Below are positions 58,392 to 64,000 of a DNA stretch of 64,000 nt, in pieces (the first letter of the stretch is position 1; each line of letters opens with the position of its first letter). Where the stretch lies: contig CAMPBT010000003.1 in the NCBI GenBank assembly GCA_946641515.1, positions 56,079-120,078 on the forward strand, in the 5' to 3' direction. The notes beneath the pieces were generated by a model. It saw nothing but the letters and a program-made list of their open reading frames with translations, had not been told where the DNA came from and searched no databases. The stretch is from an uncultured Bacillales bacterium (GTDB taxonomy: Bacteria > Bacillota_I > Bacilli_A > RFN20 > CAG-449). A program made the position numbers and the translations under genes.

Positions 58392-58864
58392 TTTTCTTTT
58401 TTATCTTTTAAAACAAAGTAATTTGCACATGAGGCAACAAGTAAGAATAACGCAATTATTCCAATAAATAAATATGAAGAATAATCTACAAAAACAAATT
58501 CTTTTCCTTTTGCCATAGCTTTAAATAAAGCTTTAAAGAAAACACCTAATGTATAAAAACTACATAATGAAGTAGATGTAATACTTGCAAGAACTGAAGC
58601 ATATCTATATGCTTCTTTTTTAGTTAATAAGATGTAAAGCTCATAGCCAAAATATGAAACAACAATTAATCCCACTAATAACATAATTAAGTAATTGTTA
58701 TCTGCAACGAACTCTTTTCCGTCCGCACCATAATCTTCAACTGATGCACTTTTAATATACTTAACTAAGCCAAGGACAAAGACAAATATTCCTGATGCTA
58801 AGAATGATAAGTTTTTAATAAGTTTACTTAATTTCACTGACAGCTTCCCCCTCTCTATATTCAT
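58388..58864 (-). CDS. hypothetical small membrane protein
   Basis: ORF 58388..58879. Four hydrophobic helices. Overlaps the thiT 3' end, so the call and start are uncertain. Confidence 0.35.
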   Translation of the reverse strand: MNIERGKLSVKLSKLIKNLSFLASGIFVFVLGLVKYIKSASVEDYGADGKEFVADNNYLIMLLVGLIVVSYFGYELYILLTKKEAYRYASVLASITSTSLCSFYTLGVFFKALFKAMAKGKEFVFVDYSSYLFIGIIALFLLVASCANYFVLKDKKEN

Positions 58865-59474
58865 AGTCTTCTTCAACAATAAAGAATTGTGGATACTTAA
58901 TTACAACAGGAATCATAACAATTAAGCATAAGACAATAGATGGACCAGTATAAGAAATGTTATAGACAAATGAATATAAGTATTTGCCTCCAACAAAGCC
59001 TTCAGGGCAAGATGAACCCCAGAAGATAACACCTGCTAAATAGTGGCAGACAAACTTGAGTAATCCACCAAGTACTGTACCAATACTTACCCAAGCAATC
59101 TTTTCTTTATCAGTTTTTGCGTTCTTAAATGGCTTAAAGAATAAACCTGCAGCAGCAACAACTGGATAAGCTAAAATATAATCTAATAAAATTTGGAACA
59201 TGACTTTATACCATGTGTCAGCAATGGCATAAACTCCTCCAAGCATTTGTAAGAAACTGAGAATAAATCCAGATATAAAACCCGCTACAAAGCCCCTTCT
59301 ATAACATAGAATTAAGATTGGTAGCATAGCAAGTCCGATAGATCCTCCGTTTAAAAATACCCCTCTCCATAGACCACCTTGTAAGAAGTCTAAAGCAAAG
59401 GCAATCGCGGTAAAGATAGCAATTTCAACAATACCTTTAACGCTTAAAACATTGTTTTTTCTTTTCTCTCCCAT
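58824..59474 (-). CDS. thiT: ECF-transporter thiamine-specific S component ThiT
   Basis: 216 aa. Similar to L. lactis ThiT (VEIAIFTAIAFALD..., ILCYRRGFVAGFISG, HYLAGVIFWGS). Preceded by a TPP riboswitch. Confidence 0.75.
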   Translation of the reverse strand: MGEKRKNNVLSVKGIVEIAIFTAIAFALDFLQGGLWRGVFLNGGSIGLAMLPILILCYRRGFVAGFISGFILSFLQMLGGVYAIADTWYKVMFQILLDYILAYPVVAAAGLFFKPFKNAKTDKEKIAWVSIGTVLGGLLKFVCHYLAGVIFWGSSCPEGFVGGKYLYSFVYNISYTGPSIVLCLIVMIPVVIKYPQFFIVEEDYEYREGEAVSEIK

Positions 59475-59482
59475 AAAAAAAT

Positions 59483-59630
59483 CCTTTCAGACCTAGTACG
59501 CCCAAAAGGATAGAATAAAATACATTGTGTTAGAATCCTTCCGCTAGCATTACCTAGATCAAGTTATTGGTCCCATAAGTCACACTTATGATCTCAGCCT
59601 AGTTTACTAAGCACCCATACTAAATTGTTT
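59483..59630 (-). promoter_or_regulatory. TPP (THI-box) riboswitch with SD-sequestering terminator hairpin
   Basis: Minus-strand RNA: UGGGUGCUUAG...GGCUGAGAUCAUAAGUGUGACUUAUGGGACCAAUAACUUGAUCUAGGUAAUGCUAGCGGAAGGA matches the THI element consensus (CUGAGA, ACCUGAUCUGGAUAAUGCCAGCG-AGGGA). Expression platform CCUUUUGGGCGUACUAGGUCUGAAAGG plus U7 lies immediately before the ATG at 59474; its 3' arm holds AAAGGA (SD). Confidence 0.85.
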
Positions 59631-59639
59631 TGCAAATAA

Positions 59640-62045
59640 TTACTCACTTGCAGTTTTTAATTTTGAATCCATTTCTAACAAACTTTCCTGCTGTTTTTTA
59701 GAAGGGATTCGTGACTCAACTTTACCAGTTCTGACATCTACTGGTCTAAATTTTCTGAATGCATATTCCTTTTTAGGAGGTAATAATTTTTTTACCTTCT
59801 TTTTCTCAAAAAGTACTGGAGTTTTAAACATTGAAACTTTATTAGTACTCTTCTTTTTAGTAGGTTGAGTCTTTTCAGGAATATCTTTCTTTTCTACTTC
59901 ATTAAGTGAAGTATCATCTAAAGATTTATCTAAACTATGCTGGCACAAAGCATAGGCATTCATCGCTTTTTGTTTTTCTAATCGATGTTTATATTTTCCG
60001 TAAACAAGTAAAGCTTTTTCTTTCGCACGTTTTTGTTTGATTAACTTAACGTAAACTTGAGTAGCTTTTTCTTTAGTCATTCCTTTATTAGGGTCTAAAG
60101 AAATATAGTTATTTTGTCTTCTAAATTCATTTAAGAAATCTTCATAAGCTTTACGTCTTAATTCTTCTTTTTCATTTTCATCTAAAGTAGCTTTTTCATA
60201 AACAACTTTAACGACTTCTTTAACATTGCTTACTTCTTTATAATGCTCTTTATAAGAAGATAATTCAAGAAGAATATTAATAGCAGCATTTTCATCATGA
60301 ACTCTGTTAATAATTTCTTGTTCTTTTACTTCATTAACTTCTCTTGCTCCGTAAACTGTATTTCCTTTAGAAGGAATATGTTTAGTTCTACCTGCAAGAA
60401 GAATATTAATAGCAGCATCTTCAACATGGTTCTTATTAACAAAATCAAATGGTTTGACAGGTTTATATGTAGATACTAAAGAAGATAAATCTCCACCTTC
60501 TAAACCTAAATCAGTGAAAGATTCTCTTATAACAAATTCTTCACCGAGAACTGTATTTCCTAAAGCAGGAATATGTTTTTCTCTATTTTGTAAAAGAATA
60601 TTAACTGCAGCATCAGGATCATGTTTAGTATTAATATAATCCATCTTAGGTCTACTTAAGATAGGAGTTACTACTGGAGTAACTTTCTTAAGTGGAGAAG
60701 TAGGAAGAACTTCTTCATTATCTTCAACATAAACTTCTTCATTTGAAGAAGTAGATACTTCATTTATTAATTGAGAAGGAGTTTCTACTTCATAAGGAAC
60801 GATTACTTCATCATCATAAGAAACAACATTGTTATTGTTTTCATATTCATCTAATGGCTTAAGAGCAATATCATCCGCAACATATTTTTCGTAGAATAAT
60901 TCATCTTCTTTATTTTGAGAAATTAATGCATCTAATCCATCATCTTCAACTGCTTCAATAACAGGTTCAGCTTCAAGAACGATATCATAATCTTCATCAG
61001 CAATATAACGAACTTCTCTTTCAACAATTGGTTTTGAAGTAGAAGTAGCAGTTTCTCCAACACCTAAATCTTTAACACCTTCACCTAAAGCTTCATAATA
61101 AGCAATTTCATCAGGTGAAGATTCTTTTTTGTTTTCATCCTTGTTATCAATTGTAGCAATAGGAGAAGATTTATCTTCCTCTTCATACATAGAAATGAAT
61201 TCTTCAGATTTATTTGAATACTCTTTTCCGTGTTGGATTCTAAACTTATATTCATCTTTATCTCTATTTCTAATTAATTTATTTCTTGCTTTTTTAGCGT
61301 GTCTAATTGCACTAGGCTTTTTAAAAATTAAACCAATTAAAGAAATTATTCCAACCCATAAAAAACAAACGACAAGTACTACAACTGGTATAATAATATA
61401 TTCAAGCCAAGCAAAATCACCAATAAGTTCATTTGCTTTATCAATATAACCAGTCTTATTAACGTTATAGAAAAGATTCAAATAATTATTAGCAGCATCA
61501 GGATCTGCATAATAAATTTTTCTAATAAAGTTTTCCACAAAGGAAGTGTATAAATTAGTAAAGCCATTTAATTTAGAAGATGAAGCTTCACAAACTGTAT
61601 AATCAAATCTAGTAACAATGATTAAGAAAAAAATAAACAATGGGATTATTAAAGATAAACAAGTTTTTAGAGGAAATTTATCTAAATAATTATGATAATC
61701 ATATTTCTTTTCTTCAGCATCAGTAGGTACATAATGTTCTTTAATAACGCGAAGCATCTTCTTTTCGTTATTATTTTTAACAATTTTTGCAATGATAGAA
61801 GAAATAATAACGTAAACTAAAATAAAGATTACATTAACTAAAACTAATGATAAATAAGCAGGATATTTAAAGCCAAAATATCCATTCATTAAATTAGAAA
61901 CAAATTTAAGAATTCTACTTACAAAGAATTCACCAATAGAATAAACAAAACTAAAAAATGCTGGAAGTTGAATATCAAATCCATACACAAATAAAACAAT
62001 TGCTTCAAAGAATAATATTATCCACATCAGGAAGTATTTCTTCAT
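59640..62045 (-). CDS. large membrane-anchored protein with internal tandem repeats (hypothetical)
   Basis: 801 aa. N-terminal TM helices. Acidic low-complexity middle region. Three tandem about 45-aa repeats H(D/V)xDAA(V/I)NILLxxRxKHIPxxGNTVxG, also visible as DNA repeats at about 60250-60650. Lys-rich C-terminus. Confidence 0.45.
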   Translation of the reverse strand: MKKYFLMWIILFFEAIVLFVYGFDIQLPAFFSFVYSIGEFFVSRILKFVSNLMNGYFGFKYPAYLSLVLVNVIFILVYVIISSIIAKIVKNNNEKKMLRVIKEHYVPTDAEEKKYDYHNYLDKFPLKTCLSLIIPLFIFFLIIVTRFDYTVCEASSSKLNGFTNLYTSFVENFIRKIYYADPDAANNYLNLFYNVNKTGYIDKANELIGDFAWLEYIIIPVVVLVVCFLWVGIISLIGLIFKKPSAIRHAKKARNKLIRNRDKDEYKFRIQHGKEYSNKSEEFISMYEEEDKSSPIATIDNKDENKKESSPDEIAYYEALGEGVKDLGVGETATSTSKPIVEREVRYIADEDYDIVLEAEPVIEAVEDDGLDALISQNKEDELFYEKYVADDIALKPLDEYENNNNVVSYDDEVIVPYEVETPSQLINEVSTSSNEEVYVEDNEEVLPTSPLKKVTPVVTPILSRPKMDYINTKHDPDAAVNILLQNREKHIPALGNTVLGEEFVIRESFTDLGLEGGDLSSLVSTYKPVKPFDFVNKNHVEDAAINILLAGRTKHIPSKGNTVYGAREVNEVKEQEIINRVHDENAAINILLELSSYKEHYKEVSNVKEVVKVVYEKATLDENEKEELRRKAYEDFLNEFRRQNNYISLDPNKGMTKEKATQVYVKLIKQKRAKEKALLVYGKYKHRLEKQKAMNAYALCQHSLDKSLDDTSLNEVEKKDIPEKTQPTKKKSTNKVSMFKTPVLFEKKKVKKLLPPKKEYAFRKFRPVDVRTGKVESRIPSKKQQESLLEMDSKLKTASE

Positions 62046-62113
62046 TTTGTTCCACCTTTAAACTAATTATATCAAAATATCTTTATAAATAAAAATGATA
62101 ATACAAATAATAT

Positions 62114-62152
62114 ATCAAAAAAGGCTGTTTTGCTAAGAAAACGGCCTATTTT
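62114..62152. terminator. bidirectional intrinsic terminator
   Basis: AAAAAAGGCTGTTTTGCTAAGAAAACGGCCTATTTTTTT. Confidence 0.7.
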
Positions 62153-62153
62153 T

Positions 62154-63923
62154 TTATAACAAAGATACAATGATTTCATTTCCACTTTCAATAACTAAAG
62201 AGGATTTATCTCCTTCATAAAATACTGAAGTTAAAGAGGAACATCCTTTAAATGCATCCTGTTTAATAATTCTAACTGTTGAAGGAATAGTAATTGTTTT
62301 TAGATTTTCACATTCTTCAAAACATCTAGTTCCAATTTCAGTAATTCCATTAGGAATAACCATTTCTTCAATACTTGATTCTGCAAAAACTTGATTTCCA
62401 AAACTAGAATTCATTTCGTTTAAAACAATTTTTTTAACATTAGCCTGATAGAAAGTTACATTTTGAATAAGTGCTTGATTAGTAATTATTACTTCATCTA
62501 AGGCAATTGTAGGTCCCCCAGCACTTGAAGTAGATTTTAAACCCGCTTGAGAATATCTATAGCCTGCACCAAAGAATCTAGTAAATAAATTTTGGTTAGA
62601 AGAATCATTGTTAGTATATCTTTTCATTCCTACAAAAGGAGCTTTAATTCTCTTCATATTATCACAATATTCAAAAGGACTAATACCTAAATAAGTTAGA
62701 CTATCAGGGATTTCTACAGAAGTTAATGAAAGATTATATCTAAAAGCATAATCGCCAATTGATTTTAAATTTGTTGCGTCACTAAAATCAATTTCCTTTA
62801 GGCTATAATTGTATTCAAAAGCATATTGATTAATGCTCTTAACACTATCTGTAATAACTACTTTTTCTAAGTTAGTACATCCTCTAAATGAATAATCATA
62901 TACTTCTTCCCAATCAACTTTAATTTCTTTTAACTTAGCAGGTACTAAAGCTATTTTATTTTTAGTTGAAGTATAGAATAAGACTTCATTATGAACATAT
63001 AAATTCTTATTTCCATCTTCCAAATTAATCTTAGTTAAATTAGGGATTAATGTAGGGGTCGGAATACTTACTGTATGAACAGTACTAGGAATATTTAAAG
63101 TTTTAATTTTTGAATAATCATAGCCGTTTTTAAAAGTAATTTGTCCAACTGGAATTCCACCAATATATTTTGGAACATGGTAATTTTCTTCATTAACATT
63201 AATTACTAAATTAACTCCACTAGTATTAATACTCATTTCATATTGGGAATAATATGAAATCATTGCAATATTACTAATAGGTGTACCAATAAGAAGTAAT
63301 AGCATAGCCCAAGCAGGAATGTTCTTAACTTTAACTTTTAGTAATAATGCATAATAAACTGCAAAAATAATATCATATGCAAAGACAATGACAAAGTTAT
63401 AAGATGTTCTAACAAATAATGATAAAGAGATAACATTTAAAGTAACTAGAGAAGCAACCTTAATACCTTTCCCAATATATTCAATTAACTTGCTATATTT
63501 ATTTCTACCAATAATAGAAACAATAATTCCTACAACTGGTAAAAGTGGTAAAACGAAACGATCCATTACCCCTAAGAAATCATTGTAAGCAGTATTTGAA
63601 TAAAGTACGTCGCCTTTATATAAAACATTAACAATGAAGAAATTAAGAATTAATGTTAAAACAATAAAAGGTAAAACCGCCATATTTAAATTGATAAAAT
63701 AATTAGATTCACCTTGTTCTTTATCAACAAAGACTTCATTATTAAAAATCTTTCTTTTTTCTTCATGACAATTCATACATTTGTCTTGGCAATTAAAATT
63801 AATATGTCCACATGTACAATGCCAATAAGAATCAAACCGAACAGCTTCACAAGTAATATTTTCTTTTTTTAAGCCATTCTGTTTTACCATCTTTTGAACA
63901 TATAAAAATCTTTCTCTACGCAT
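62154..63923 (-). CDS. zinc-ribbon / multi-TM / BspA-type LRR (LRR_5) protein; the reading frame stays open to the window end, so the true start may lie beyond 64000
   Basis: N-terminal CxxC...CxxC (CTCGHINFNCQDKCMNCH). At least 5 TM helices. C-terminal LRR_5-like repeats (FRGCTNLEKVVITDSVKSINQYAFEYNYSLKEIDFSDATNLKSIGDYAFRYNLSLTSVEIP). Upstream frame ...VIDGKKIDFTYIDCEYIIQPKSIFS continues without a stop to position 64000. Confidence 0.5.
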   Translation of the reverse strand: MRRERFLYVQKMVKQNGLKKENITCEAVRFDSYWHCTCGHINFNCQDKCMNCHEEKRKIFNNEVFVDKEQGESNYFINLNMAVLPFIVLTLILNFFIVNVLYKGDVLYSNTAYNDFLGVMDRFVLPLLPVVGIIVSIIGRNKYSKLIEYIGKGIKVASLVTLNVISLSLFVRTSYNFVIVFAYDIIFAVYYALLLKVKVKNIPAWAMLLLLIGTPISNIAMISYYSQYEMSINTSGVNLVINVNEENYHVPKYIGGIPVGQITFKNGYDYSKIKTLNIPSTVHTVSIPTPTLIPNLTKINLEDGNKNLYVHNEVLFYTSTKNKIALVPAKLKEIKVDWEEVYDYSFRGCTNLEKVVITDSVKSINQYAFEYNYSLKEIDFSDATNLKSIGDYAFRYNLSLTSVEIPDSLTYLGISPFEYCDNMKRIKAPFVGMKRYTNNDSSNQNLFTRFFGAGYRYSQAGLKSTSSAGGPTIALDEVIITNQALIQNVTFYQANVKKIVLNEMNSSFGNQVFAESSIEEMVIPNGITEIGTRCFEECENLKTITIPSTVRIIKQDAFKGCSSLTSVFYEGDKSSLVIESGNEIIVSLL

Positions 63924-64000
63924 TGAGAAAATTGATTTAGGTTGAATAATATATTCACAATCTATATATGTAAAATCAATCTTTTTACCATCAATGACAG

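Noticed and set aside
1-64000. CRISPR arrays or other regularly spaced repeat-spacer structures
   Set aside because: No series of 3 or more evenly spaced near-identical 24-40-nt repeats was seen. The only multi-copy short elements are the CGTGCCA boxes, which are irregularly spaced and lie in promoter positions, and protein-coding tandem repeats at 60250-60650.

Overview
The window is low-GC Firmicutes-like chromosome with the standard genetic code; secA, dnaX and the other long genes are intact, so UGA is not read as Trp. Most of it is conserved housekeeping DNA arranged in Bacillus-type synteny, supported by conserved motifs I can read directly: thyA (PPCH), uvrB, secA-prfB (prfB with its programmed +1 frameshift), comFA-comFC, rpiB-tsaC-prmC-prfA, dnaX-ybaB-recR-tmk-holB-yaaT-rsmI, rlmH-yycJ-like-dnaB-rplI-gdpP, and rpsF-ssb-rpsR. 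Clear RNA elements are a tmRNA gene (854..1226, minus strand) and a TPP riboswitch ahead of a thiT-like gene (about 59483..59630, minus strand). There is also a Phd/RelE toxin-antitoxin pair, a double-activase HgdC-like/HgdB-like pair, and an ORF-free, probably structured 0.55-kb region at 40.0-40.6 kb. The most interesting part is an accessory locus at about 37.9-53.6 kb. It holds five paralogous exported proteins that all carry the same unusual N-terminal motif, (hydrophobic)-G-x-G-[YF]-A-A-[WF]-T-F-S. From memory this matches the SipW-cognate signal peptides of TasA and camelysin. Three are small TasA-like proteins; two are BspA-type LRR proteins. Among them sits a candidate ER-type (Ser/His) SipW-like signal peptidase with an atypical long architecture. 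The promoter regions of all four transcription units share a repeated CGTGCCAAA box, and both two-gene cassettes share a conserved intergenic stem-loop. I propose this as a candidate secreted fibre/adhesin system that I do not recognise as described. Every homology statement here rests on motif recognition by eye, not on database searches.
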